A stretch of DNA of 32,000 nucleotides from Candidatus Heimdallarchaeota archaeon. Its GTDB lineage: Archaea > Asgardarchaeota > Heimdallarchaeia > JABLTI01. Shown here one piece after another: positions 8,296 through 18,000 of this stretch (position 1 is the first letter of the stretch; each line of letters begins with the position of its first letter). The translations under genes were made by a program, and so were the position numbers. The stretch is from the NCBI GenBank assembly GCA_030614005.1, contig JAUWKS010000005.1, positions 30,001-62,000 on the forward strand. The letters are read 5' to 3'. The notes beneath the pieces were generated by a model that made no database searches, was not told the DNA's origin, and was given only the letters and a program-made list of their open reading frames with translations.

Positions 8296-9543
8296 CTATT
8301 TCTTCTTTGCTCTTTGTTTATACTTTTTTACATCGGCTTTTGTTTTCCAAGAATGAGCATTCCATTCATCAAAAATACGTTCATAGATTTTAATTGTTTG
8401 ATCAGCAATGATCGTCCAATCGTAGACATGAGTTAGCTTCTCTTCTGCATTTTTTATGATTCGTTTTCTCAAATCATTATTTTCAAGTAATTCAATGATT
8501 GCTTCTGCCATAGCATCAGAATTATCGGGAGGAACTTTGAAACCCGTCCATTTGTGATCAACGATTTCTGATAATCCCCCAACATCAGAAACAATAATTG
8601 GTGTTCTTGTAGCCATGCCTTCTAAAGCAACAATACCAAATGGTTCATAGGTTGATGGCACAACTAAAATATCTGTTACATTGAAATAAGGTAAGAAATC
8701 TTCTTCAGAAAGATAACCTGTAAAGAGAACCTTGTCTTCAATTTGTAGTTCTTTGGAAATACCTTCTAGTTCATTCCGGTGCCAGCCTTCACCAGCAATA
8801 ACGAACTTAGTATTTGGTTTTGCCTTCAAAACATTAGTAACAGCACCAAGAAGAACATTTACTCCTTTTTCAGGAACTAATCTACCTATATACCCGACAA
8901 TTTGCTCATTTTCTTGAGCATACTTTTTATGATGGATTTGTTTTTCTTTTGAACTCAACTCAATCGAAAAGTCATTGAATCTTACGCCATTTGGAATAAT
9001 GGTCATTTTATCGTTTGGAAAAATGAAAGAGAAATGACAAATTGATTGCATATATTGGCTACAAACTATGGTATGCCATGATTCTTGAATTAGTAGATTT
9101 TCTATTTGATCTAACATCATTTGGCCATCATTAAAAAGACCGCTTCTTCTGCCTCTCTCGAGTGAATGAATTGTTGCGAGTAATGGTTTACGGAAAAGAT
9201 GTTTCAAACCTATAGCTGCAGAAGCAACAAGCCAATCGTGGGCATGAAGAATATCAATACTAAATTTGTTAATGATTTCAATGGATTTTATCTCCATTAA
9301 TAAATTCATATTGAGATCCCATTGGAGAAATTCCGGAGCAGGAATAGCATACGCATCAAAGCGATGAACATGAACACCATCTACCATTTCATACTCTTTT
9401 GTTCCCGGAAAACTACAAGTAACAACATGGACTTCATATCCTTTTTTAACGAGTACTTTGGATAAATCAAATACATGGGCAGCTAACCCTCCAACCTTAA
9501 ACGGGGGAAATTCCCAACTTAACATTAAGATACTAAGAGTCAT
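8296..9543 (-). CDS. GT4 glycosyltransferase (alpha-glucan synthase-like)
   Basis: LSWEFPP..VGGL..HV, HAHDW, GRLVPEKG, PSTYEPFGIVALEGM (EX7E). ATG 9543 avoids the overlap with the upstream gene implied by ORF start 9621. Confidence 0.92.
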   Translation of the reverse strand: MTLSILMLSWEFPPFKVGGLAAHVFDLSKVLVKKGYEVHVVTCSFPGTKEYEMVDGVHVHRFDAYAIPAPEFLQWDLNMNLLMEIKSIEIINKFSIDILHAHDWLVASAAIGLKHLFRKPLLATIHSLERGRRSGLFNDGQMMLDQIENLLIQESWHTIVCSQYMQSICHFSFIFPNDKMTIIPNGVRFNDFSIELSSKEKQIHHKKYAQENEQIVGYIGRLVPEKGVNVLLGAVTNVLKAKPNTKFVIAGEGWHRNELEGISKELQIEDKVLFTGYLSEEDFLPYFNVTDILVVPSTYEPFGIVALEGMATRTPIIVSDVGGLSEIVDHKWTGFKVPPDNSDAMAEAIIELLENNDLRKRIIKNAEEKLTHVYDWTIIADQTIKIYERIFDEWNAHSWKTKADVKKYKQRAKKK

Positions 9544-9565
9544 TTTCCATACTCTCCATTTATTG

Positions 9566-10186
9566 TTAGCTTTTCTCCTGGTATTTTTCCAATAATTCTT
9601 CAAATGATTTTTTATTGCCAATGTTTAATTGATGAACATTTTTCTCATCTATCTGATAATCAGAGGTTATAATCTGGGCAAGCTTCTTTGAATTTACGGT
9701 AATAAGATTAACAGCTTCTAAACCCATTTGTTCAATTTTCTGAATACCACTATTATAAGGAGAAGTGGCTTTGTCTCGAGTAATTTGTGTGGAGCTTGCA
9801 GAATAAACTAGCTTTTGTTGGAACTCATCCTTCCAGGAAATAATAACTGGTAAAGTCATCCAATCAAAGAAATGAATGAGGTCAATCTTTTCAGAATGTA
9901 TAATTGAAGCAATAGCTGCTTGATAAGCTACTTTTAGATTCATTATCATTGCTAGCTCAGAAATATTATTTGGAACACTGTAAGGAATACGATTGACTAT
10001 AAGATAATCACTTATTTTCTCGATATCAGAACGCCAATCATCAAAAGTAACAACCCAAGTTTTTATTTTATTCTTGGAAAGAAAGCGAGCTAATTTTTCT
10101 ACAGAAGCACTAATTTTGGACAATCGTCTAGGTGGATATTCAAACGAAACAAGAATTATTCCAGTCAAAGGGTGATTCTTAGACAT
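9566..10186 (-). CDS. Stand-alone GT4 N-terminal-domain protein (no donor-binding domain)
   Basis: Aligns by eye to the N-terminal half of the adjacent GT4 (VSFEYPP/LSWEFPP, WVVT/HVVT, IDLIHFFDW/IDILHAHDW); ends at 206 aa without the EX7E domain. Confidence 0.8.
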   Translation of the reverse strand: MSKNHPLTGIILVSFEYPPRRLSKISASVEKLARFLSKNKIKTWVVTFDDWRSDIEKISDYLIVNRIPYSVPNNISELAMIMNLKVAYQAAIASIIHSEKIDLIHFFDWMTLPVIISWKDEFQQKLVYSASSTQITRDKATSPYNSGIQKIEQMGLEAVNLITVNSKKLAQIITSDYQIDEKNVHQLNIGNKKSFEELLEKYQEKS

Positions 10187-10318
10187 CTGATTATTTTCTC
10201 CAGTAAATGCAATCGTCTCAATGTTTAATTTTTCCGAATTTTAACCAATAAATACTATTTTTGGCACCTAAAAGTTTTATCTATACAATAACAGAAGGTG
10301 TCAAGTAATTGTTACTTT

Positions 10319-10555
10319 CTAAGTGAAAATTGCTGCAACGGCAACTATTCCTTTTCCCAAAAGGAAATATTTGCTATCAAAAAGACCAACGTACCCTTGA
10401 TTAACCAAATCATCAAATACTTGGATAATGTTTACATCATCCTCAGATTGTAAAATATCCTTCATTTCTGTTAATGATTTTGCCTTTTCAGGTTTGGTTA
10501 TCCCGTAGGAAAACATGACATGACAAATGTGGAATAATTTATTCGTTTGCGACAT
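10319..10555 (-). CDS. Small winged-helix-like protein
   Basis: 78 aa; KSLTEM...FDDLVNQGYV...KYFLLGKG helix-turn-helix-wing pattern. Confidence 0.6.
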   Translation of the reverse strand: MSQTNKLFHICHVMFSYGITKPEKAKSLTEMKDILQSEDDVNIIQVFDDLVNQGYVGLFDSKYFLLGKGIVAVAAIFT

Positions 10556-10637
10556 GCAATCACAAATGAGTCATCAATATAATTCATTAAAAAGATTTTC
10601 ACAGCATAAAAGTTATTTACAGTAAAATTTGGAACGC

Positions 10638-10645
10638 TTTAAATA
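10638..10645 (+). promoter_or_regulatory. Putative archaeal TATA box for gene 10713
   Basis: AACGC-TTTAAATA starting 75 nt upstream of the ATG; the paralogue has the same box at -74. Confidence 0.5.
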
Positions 10646-10712
10646 ATGGTTTGCTCTATCTCAAATAGAACTATTAAAACTAGTAAATGATTCTGAGGAG
10701 AAGAAAAAACAA

Positions 10713-11516
10713 ATGGCTTATTGTCCGTCATGCGGCGCAGAAATTGGTGATTATTTAGAATACTGCACAAGTTGTGGTGCACAGGTTAATGTTGAAGGAA
10801 AAGCTCAAATGGGAAAACCCGATCATGATCAAATCCAGATGGCAAAACCTGGACATGCTCAATTCCAACAACCTCAAGAAGTATTACCTCAATTAGTCCA
10901 AAGAAATTATCTAATTTGGTTTCTATTAAATTATATAATTCCTTTTGCTAGTTTAGTTTACTTATACTTTGTATTTGATGATTTAAATAAACTCGATAAA
11001 TATCCAAAACCAAAAGGTGTGAAATCAACCTACCTGGATCAGAATTCGTTTATATTATATATCATACTTTATGCAGTGGGTCTGGGAATTATTGCTAATT
11101 ATCTTGTTTATAGTAAGAAATTTGGTATGTTCAATGACTATCTTGATACCCACCCACAAAAACAAACGAAATTGCCATCCAAGAATTATATGAAATTGAT
11201 GATATTTCGTGATATACTAGGGCTCTCAATGAGCGGAATTTTTGCTGTTGGATATTTTGTCTTTTTTATAGAATTTGGTCTAGCAGACTTTGAATACGGT
11301 TATACATCAATTACTTCTATCGGTTCTTTAGGTGCTAATATGAGTACTAGCTTGTTAATAATACCGATAATTGCATTTGTATTATCTGGTTTATGCTTTG
11401 TTGGTGTCATGATAATAGGAATTTATATGATTGTGCTAGATTTCAGATGGCAAGAAGCAATGAATGAACGTGTAAGTATAATCGATCCAAATTTCATAAA
11501 GAAAGATTTCATATAA
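10713..11516 (+). CDS. Zinc-ribbon membrane protein, paralogue 1
   Basis: N-terminal CPSC..CTSC, about 4 TM segments, AGGAG upstream; tandem paralogue of 11865..12674. Confidence 0.85.
   Translation: MAYCPSCGAEIGDYLEYCTSCGAQVNVEGKAQMGKPDHDQIQMAKPGHAQFQQPQEVLPQLVQRNYLIWFLLNYIIPFASLVYLYFVFDDLNKLDKYPKPKGVKSTYLDQNSFILYIILYAVGLGIIANYLVYSKKFGMFNDYLDTHPQKQTKLPSKNYMKLMIFRDILGLSMSGIFAVGYFVFFIEFGLADFEYGYTSITSIGSLGANMSTSLLIIPIIAFVLSGLCFVGVMIIGIYMIVLDFRWQEAMNERVSIIDPNFIKKDFI
10806..10865 (+). repeat. Imperfect 30-nt tandem duplication (QMGKPDHDQI / QMAKPGHAQF)
   Basis: caaatgggaaaacccgatcatgatcaaatc followed by cagatggcaaaacctggacatgctcaattc; paralogue 2 has one unit. Confidence 0.7.
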
Positions 11517-11790
11517 TGAAATCACCTTCATCTTTTTTTTATGCCCTAGAGCAAATGGTGAATTTTATTTTGGTTCGTTCTAAACCCTTTTGAGTTTTTC
11601 ATTCACTTTTTTCGTCTCCGAGTTTGGTTGTTGTTTAATATAACTCAAATTCATATTAAGCGGGTTGCTTCATTAATGCAAACAAAATCTTCAAAGCAGA
11701 AATTGTTACGTTAAATGCAAGATTTTTCAAGAAAATTCGTTAAAAAGGTTCTTACTGAGAAAATTGGTTTAAAAATATTGACTAGAGAAG

Positions 11791-11798
11791 TTTAAATA
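11791..11798 (+). promoter_or_regulatory. Putative archaeal TATA box for gene 11865
   Basis: GAAG-TTTAAATA starting 74 nt upstream of the ATG, mirroring paralogue 1. Confidence 0.5.
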
Positions 11799-11864
11799 TT
11801 GCAAATCGTTATTAAAAACAGCCTTTTTTTAAGGTAAAACAATAAATTTTAGGAGAAGAAACTT

Positions 11865-12674
11865 ATGAATTATTGTAAATCATGTGGAGCAGAAATAGAG
11901 GTAAATATAACTTACTGCCCCAGCTGTGGTGCAGATGTTAATATTGAAGAAAAAATTCAGACAACAGAACCAGAGGTTAGTGGTGAAGAAGTCCAAATGG
12001 CAAAACCAGGACATGATCAATTCCAACAACCTCAACAAGAATTGCCGCATTTGGTTCAAAGAAATTACTTAATTTGGTTTCTACTAAATTTTGTTGTCCC
12101 TATAGCTTACTTAATCTACTTTTACTTTGTATTTGACGATCTAAATAAACTTGACCAATATCCAAAACCTGCTGGCAATACATCAACAAAGCTGGAACAG
12201 AACTCTATGATACTAATTATAGTACTTTATGTATTAGGTTTAGGTCTTATTGCAAACTATATTCTTTATAGTAAAAAGTATGGCATGTTCAATGATTATC
12301 TTGATACACACCCACAAAAACAAACGAAATTACCATCTAAAAATTTCATTAAATTAATGATATTTCGGGACATATCGTTGTACTTAGGGTTGGGGCTCGC
12401 TTTTGGTGGTGCAGCAATTTTAGGATTTTTTGCAGGAAAAGGTGTTGATTTATTTTTTTCTATAGCTAATGTCGCACCCTCTATTGCAGCAACAATCGGT
12501 TTTTCATCTGGTTTATATGCTGGAATCATTTTATTGGTTCTAGGTATTTTGCTCTCAATTCCTTCCATGATTATAGGAATATATATGATCGTTCTAGATT
12601 TCAGATGGCAAGAAGCAATGAATGAACGGGTAAGTATCATTGACCCAAATTTCATAAAGAAGGATTTCTTATAA
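11865..12674 (+). CDS. Zinc-ribbon membrane protein, paralogue 2
   Basis: CKSC..CPSC, about 4 TM segments, AGGAG upstream; last 35 aa are 34/35 identical to paralogue 1. Confidence 0.85.
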   Translation: MNYCKSCGAEIEVNITYCPSCGADVNIEEKIQTTEPEVSGEEVQMAKPGHDQFQQPQQELPHLVQRNYLIWFLLNFVVPIAYLIYFYFVFDDLNKLDQYPKPAGNTSTKLEQNSMILIIVLYVLGLGLIANYILYSKKYGMFNDYLDTHPQKQTKLPSKNFIKLMIFRDISLYLGLGLAFGGAAILGFFAGKGVDLFFSIANVAPSIAATIGFSSGLYAGIILLVLGILLSIPSMIIGIYMIVLDFRWQEAMNERVSIIDPNFIKKDFL

Positions 12675-12841
12675 AGAAATCACTTCCTATATTTTTTTAA
12701 AAATTAAGTTATAATAATCTTTTTTTTTACAAGTGCCTTCTATAGTAACAAATCGTTTATTGATAAAATAGCTTTACTAACAAGTATTGTATTCTTGAAA
12801 GAAAATAGTAATCTGTTGAATATCGAAAGCAGTGATTTAAA

Positions 12842-13831
12842 ATGATGAATGTAAATATAATGAAATTAATTATTGATCCAATCGAAAGTCGTAAAGAAAC
12901 TTTTGCTCATAAAATGGCAAGACTTTGGAACTATAAGGAAAAAACATTAGCATTAATAAATGCAAGTTCCAATTTTGCCTTTGAAATGAAAGAAAACAAA
13001 ACAGAACGTGTTTTACGATTGAGTCATCAAACAGAGCGCTCATTGGGAATTATTCAAGCAGAACTTGATTTCATTTTATATCTTGATTCTCAAAAAATAC
13101 CTGTAGCAAAACCAATCCCTTCGAATAATGGAAAAACTGTGGAACAACTAGAGACAGAACATGGTACATTCAATGGAGTGGTTTTTGAAAAAATCCAAGG
13201 GGATTATGTTGGACTTGAAGATATGGAAGAATGGCAATTGAAGGATTGGGGAAAAATGATGGCAAGAATGCACAATCTTTCTCTAAAGTATAAAGCACAT
13301 CCTGAAAGAAGAAGACGGTTCTTCAACGAAGATATCGACCATTGGAAAAAATGGATACCTGCTTCTGAAAGTCGGTTCATAAAAAAGATCGATGAATTGA
13401 AACTCTGGGTTAACAAGTTGGCTGAAAATAAAAACCAATTTGGTTTGATCCATTATGACATGTCTTATGATAATTTTATTTGGAAAGGAAAAGAATTCTC
13501 AATAATTGATTTTGATGATTCAGCATATTATCCATTCGAAGCTGATATTGCTTTTGCATTAGATGATATTCGTTCAATGAAAAATGGTGTTGGTGAGCGA
13601 ATTTTAGGTGTTTTTATAGAAGGGTATCTGTCTAAAAGAAAACTAAGAGATACTTGGAAACAAGAGATCGAACAATTCTTAATTTTAGAGGATTTTCTAA
13701 AATACGCAAGAATGAGACGAGCTTACGATAAAGTTCAAACTGAAAGTCTTTTGCCATGGAGTAAAAAAATGAGCAGCAAGCATATGAAATGGTTTGAAGA
13801 TGTAGTAATAGAACTAGATGCTTATCTTTAG
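12842..13831 (+). CDS. APH/choline-kinase-like phosphotransferase
   Basis: VLRLS (catalytic Lys/Arg strand), AELDF, Brenner motif GLIHYDMSYDN, metal-binding IIDFDD. Confidence 0.88.
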   Translation: MMNVNIMKLIIDPIESRKETFAHKMARLWNYKEKTLALINASSNFAFEMKENKTERVLRLSHQTERSLGIIQAELDFILYLDSQKIPVAKPIPSNNGKTVEQLETEHGTFNGVVFEKIQGDYVGLEDMEEWQLKDWGKMMARMHNLSLKYKAHPERRRRFFNEDIDHWKKWIPASESRFIKKIDELKLWVNKLAENKNQFGLIHYDMSYDNFIWKGKEFSIIDFDDSAYYPFEADIAFALDDIRSMKNGVGERILGVFIEGYLSKRKLRDTWKQEIEQFLILEDFLKYARMRRAYDKVQTESLLPWSKKMSSKHMKWFEDVVIELDAYL

Positions 13832-13868
13832 TAAACTAAAAAAAATTGAGTGTTGTTTCTTGGAAAAA

Positions 13869-14012
13869 CTATTTTCCAGCAACAGCTTTACTTGCTTTCT
13901 CTTTCTTTGCTTTCTTTTTATGTAATAATTCCGGTGCCAAATTCATTAATATTTCATTGTGAATTTTATTTACATTAAACCATAACTCGAATCCAATAAG
14001 TGGAAGTACCAT
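13869..14012 (-). CDS. Unannotated 47-aa small protein with Lys-rich tail
   Basis: ATG 14012 to TAG 13869-71 reads MVLPLIGFELWFNVNKIHNEILMNLAPELLHKKKAKKEKASKAVAGK; fills the gap between two + genes; T7 tract downstream on the minus strand (13838-44). Confidence 0.5.
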   Translation of the reverse strand: MVLPLIGFELWFNVNKIHNEILMNLAPELLHKKKAKKEKASKAVAGK

Positions 14013-14147
14013 ATTTATTTTGAATTTTTGGGATTAAATTGTTCTGAAACAAGATAAAATTTAAGAAAATAACAAATACTATAAATCAGAAATAAATACA
14101 GCTACTCAATGTTATTAGAAATTAACGACAAAAAGAAGGTAAAAAGA

Positions 14148-14978
14148 ATGACAAAAACAGACTCATATTCAGTTGAACCCTTTCCCCGGTTTCGAGAAAT
14201 AATAATAGAATCCGTTGAAGCAGGTAAAAGGATGAATCATGTTATTGCACTGCCTATTTATGATGTGACAAAGGCTCGAGAGCTAATTCGGAAGCATAAG
14301 GAAAAAACCAAGGAAACAATATCGTTTACAGCATTCATCATACATTGTCTGGGAAAGGTAGTTAGTGAAAATAAACAAATTCATGGGATAAGAAAGGGAA
14401 AACGAAAAGTAATTGTTTTTGATGATGTCAATATTCGATTGAACATTGAAAGAGAATTAGATGGGGTAAAAACAGCGGTAATGTTAATTGTTCGAAAAGC
14501 TAATGAGAAAAGCTTGCGAGAAATACATGATGAAATCAGAAGAGCTCAAGGCAAAAAAGATAACACAAAAATGGAACCAGTTACTAAAAAACAAAAAAAA
14601 TCTCGCAATAATCAAAATCTGCTAATATCTCTGCCAAAATTCATCAGAAGAATTATCTGGTGGAAGTTAAAATATGACCCATTCTTCATTCAGAAAAATA
14701 TGGGCACTGTTGGAGTCACTACTTTAGGAACGATGTTCAAAGGTAGAGGTGGGTATGCAATTACAGCTAGTCCACAGACGTTAAGCGTATCATTAGGAGC
14801 AATAGAAAAAAGACCCGGAGTAGTAAATGAAAAAATCGAAATCCGAGAATATCTTTACGCATCCGTGATGTTTAATCATGATGTAGTGGATGGTGCTCCA
14901 GCAGCAAGATTCCTAACCAAATTAGGTGATTTGATAGAAGAAGGATATGGTTTAACTTCTTTCGAAGCTAAAAAATGA
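14148..14978 (+). CDS. Stand-alone 2-oxoacid dehydrogenase E2-type acyltransferase catalytic domain
   Basis: SFTAFIIHCLG, GTVGVTTLG, catalytic FNHDVVDGAPAARF (HxxxDG); no lipoyl domain. ATG 14148 follows AAGGT; ORF start 14109 possible. Confidence 0.88.
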   Translation: MTKTDSYSVEPFPRFREIIIESVEAGKRMNHVIALPIYDVTKARELIRKHKEKTKETISFTAFIIHCLGKVVSENKQIHGIRKGKRKVIVFDDVNIRLNIERELDGVKTAVMLIVRKANEKSLREIHDEIRRAQGKKDNTKMEPVTKKQKKSRNNQNLLISLPKFIRRIIWWKLKYDPFFIQKNMGTVGVTTLGTMFKGRGGYAITASPQTLSVSLGAIEKRPGVVNEKIEIREYLYASVMFNHDVVDGAPAARFLTKLGDLIEEGYGLTSFEAKK

Positions 14979-15013
14979 AAAGTGATATGGGAAATTCCCA
15001 TAAACACTTTTTT
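14979..15013 (+). terminator. Hairpin followed by T-tract
   Basis: aaagtg-a-tatgggaa-a-ttcccata-aa-cacttt directly after the stop, then TTTTTTCTTTT. Confidence 0.55.
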
Positions 15014-15040
15014 CTTTTACTTTCTGATATCACGATGAGA

Positions 15041-18000
15041 TTACTCTGTTTGGGGGAGGAGTATCTCATTTTCAACAAAGTAGATTATTTGCTGAAGAAT
15101 TTCATCATGAGAGAGAGTTTTCGACTCTTTAAATGAACGAGTAATTAATTGATGAATATCTAAAGCTGTATCTTCACCAAAATTCTCAAGATGGTTTTCA
15201 AGAATAGAAACCATTTGAATATCCGCAATATTTGTTTTAGCTAGATTTTCCTTGTGAATAAGCATGGGAGCAAAGTAGTAGATATGTAAGTACTCATCCA
15301 ATAATGGTATTGCAGTATTAAATACTTCAACGAGCCCAGTGAATTCTTCTAGGTCTCTTTTAAAGACAGTTTCAAATCGTTTAAGCAAGTCCCAATTTGG
15401 CATTTTGAATTCCTTGGATGGCTCATCATCAAGAAGGAGAGCAAGTCTAACATTCTTACCCTCAAAAATCCAGAAAATGCCTCCTTTTTGACCCATTTGA
15501 CTAAATTTGTTAGAAGGTGGTTGATCAGCATCTACCAATTCTTGACCAAAACCTGCAATTGCTGTCAAAAAGCCACTAGCTAAGGCTGAATCAATGTTAT
15601 GAGCAAAATTAATTGAAAGTAATGGAACTCCATTCTTCTCCATGAAGATAATGGATTTGATTTTTAAAATATCAGTTAAAAAGCCAATAGAAACTTTCGA
15701 ATCAGTTTTCAAAACGGAAACTACAGGAGAAGTTTCAGGAGCTTTAATAGCGTCAAAATTCAGTGGTTCAATTTCAGTTGTTTCGATAATAGCAACTGGA
15801 GCAGCTTCAGTTTTTGCTAGATCTTCAGCTTGGAGCTCTTTCCGTCTTAACTTTCTTTCCTTTCTCGCCGGTCGTAATTTTATTACAAGCAAAGTTGAGA
15901 TGATAATTACAACAGCACCTGTGGACAAACCACCTATCAATAGATAAAGCCAAAGATTATTGCCAGGATAATCAGTGTTGTCATTTGGGTCAGTTCCTGC
16001 GTCAATTTCCTCTTTGTCAGTAAAACCATCGTTGTCTGAATCGGCGCTAAGGGGGTTGGTTATAAAACCATCAACTCCCTCAAAGACTTCTTCTCCATCT
16101 AAAATACCATCGTCATCGGTGTCCTCATTATTGGGATCAGTGTAATAAGTAAAAATCTCGAGATTATCATCTAACCCATCGGAATCTGTATCTGCTTTGT
16201 AGGGATTTGTTTCAAAAATCTCTAGTTCAAAGTAATCAGCAAGACCATCACCATCAAAATCGCGGTCAATGATTTCTAAACCATCATTAAAGTCTGCAAG
16301 GTAAGTGTAATTTTCATAAAAAGAAACACCATAAGCATTTCCACCATCGTAAAATTCTTCTCTTAGTCTTGGACTAGCTTTATTTGTAACATCAATTGTT
16401 TTCAAACCTGAACTACCATCAGCGAGATATGCAAAATCACCGAAAACATCTATCCCATATGCCGAACTGGTCCCATCATCATATTCACCTACTTCTTGAG
16501 GGTTCACTTTATCACTGATATCAACAATTTCCAAACCAAGCGATCTATCAACTAAATAAGCATAAGCACCATTCACTACAACTTCATTGCAGCTTCCGCC
16601 ATCATCAAAAACACCTACAGTAACAGGATTTAACTTATCATTAATATTAATAATCTTCAAACCATCATAATTATCTGCGATGTAAGCGTAATTACCTGAA
16701 ACAAAAATGCTCTGAGCGTTAGTAATTAGATTATCGTATTTTACTAATTGTACTGGGCTGTTTTTATCTGTGATGTCAAAAATTTCCAAACCATCTGAGC
16801 TATCCGCTAAGAAAGCATAATTATCAACCACCATCACATCTGTGTAATACCCACCATCAGTAAAGTCACCAACTTTCTGAGGACTGTCTTTATTACTAAC
16901 GTCAATAATTTTGAAACCATCATTTCCACAAGCAATAAAAACATAATTGCCTGCTACAAAAATATCATTGGTATAACCACCATCATTGAAGTGACCTATA
17001 CTTTGAGGATGTGTTTTGTTACTAATATCGATAATATCCATACCATTGTAACCACTAGCAAGATATGCGAAATTATCTTCGACTGCAACTTTTCTTGCGT
17101 ATCCTCCTGTAACAAATTGTCCTTCTTCAAATGGATTAGATTTGACACTAGCGTCAATGATTTCAAAACCATCCCAACCATCTGCTAAATAAACAATATT
17201 TCCGTCAACTAAAACATCTACAGCATATCCACCATCGAAGAAGTATCCAACTTCTACCGGGTTAAATAGGTCTACAATACTAACTATGATCAAACCACTC
17301 AGATAGGTAGCTAAGTAAGCAAAATCACCAAAAACATCGATATCTTGAACAAAATATCCATCATCGAATGTACTAACTAATGCTGGGCTATTTTTGTAAG
17401 TGACATCAATTATCTTCATTCCATCCCAACCAGCTGCAAGAAAGATATTATTACCGTTCAATGCAATACTAGAGTAAGAATCTCCAGCATCATAACCACT
17501 AATTGGATCGGGATGGCTTTTATCAGTAATATTTAAGATATTTAAACCATCATTTCCAGCTGCTAGAAAAGCAATATCTTCATCGATAACAATATCATAC
17601 TCGTTTCCAAGTGTATTGAATACACTTTTTTGAACAGGGTTATTTTTATCAGAAACATCAACAATTATCATACCATTTGAATATTCCATAATGTAAACAA
17701 AATTACCATCCACAACGATGGATTCAATGCTACTCCATGTGGAAAGATGAGCAATTTCTATAGGATTTGTTTTATTACTGATATCAATAACTCTTAGACC
17801 ATTATAACCTACAAAGGCATAATCGCCATCTACTGCTACTGCTCTAATTATGTAATTATCATACAGTTGACTTACAAATGAAGGTGATGTAGAATCGCTT
17901 ATATCAAGAATTTGAAAACCGCTAAAAGAACTAGCCAGGTAAGCATAATCACCTGAAATATCCACATCTAATATTGAACCATACTTTTCATCAATTTGAC

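Noticed and set aside
9544-9621. 56-nt overlap between the GT4 gene and the upstream half-GT gene
   Set aside because: Artefact of longest-ORF calling; homology starts at ATG 9543.
11517-11864. Short ORFs of 8-26 aa between the paralogues, including MKNSKGFR resembling the L21e N-terminus
   Set aside because: Too short, and the similarity does not extend.
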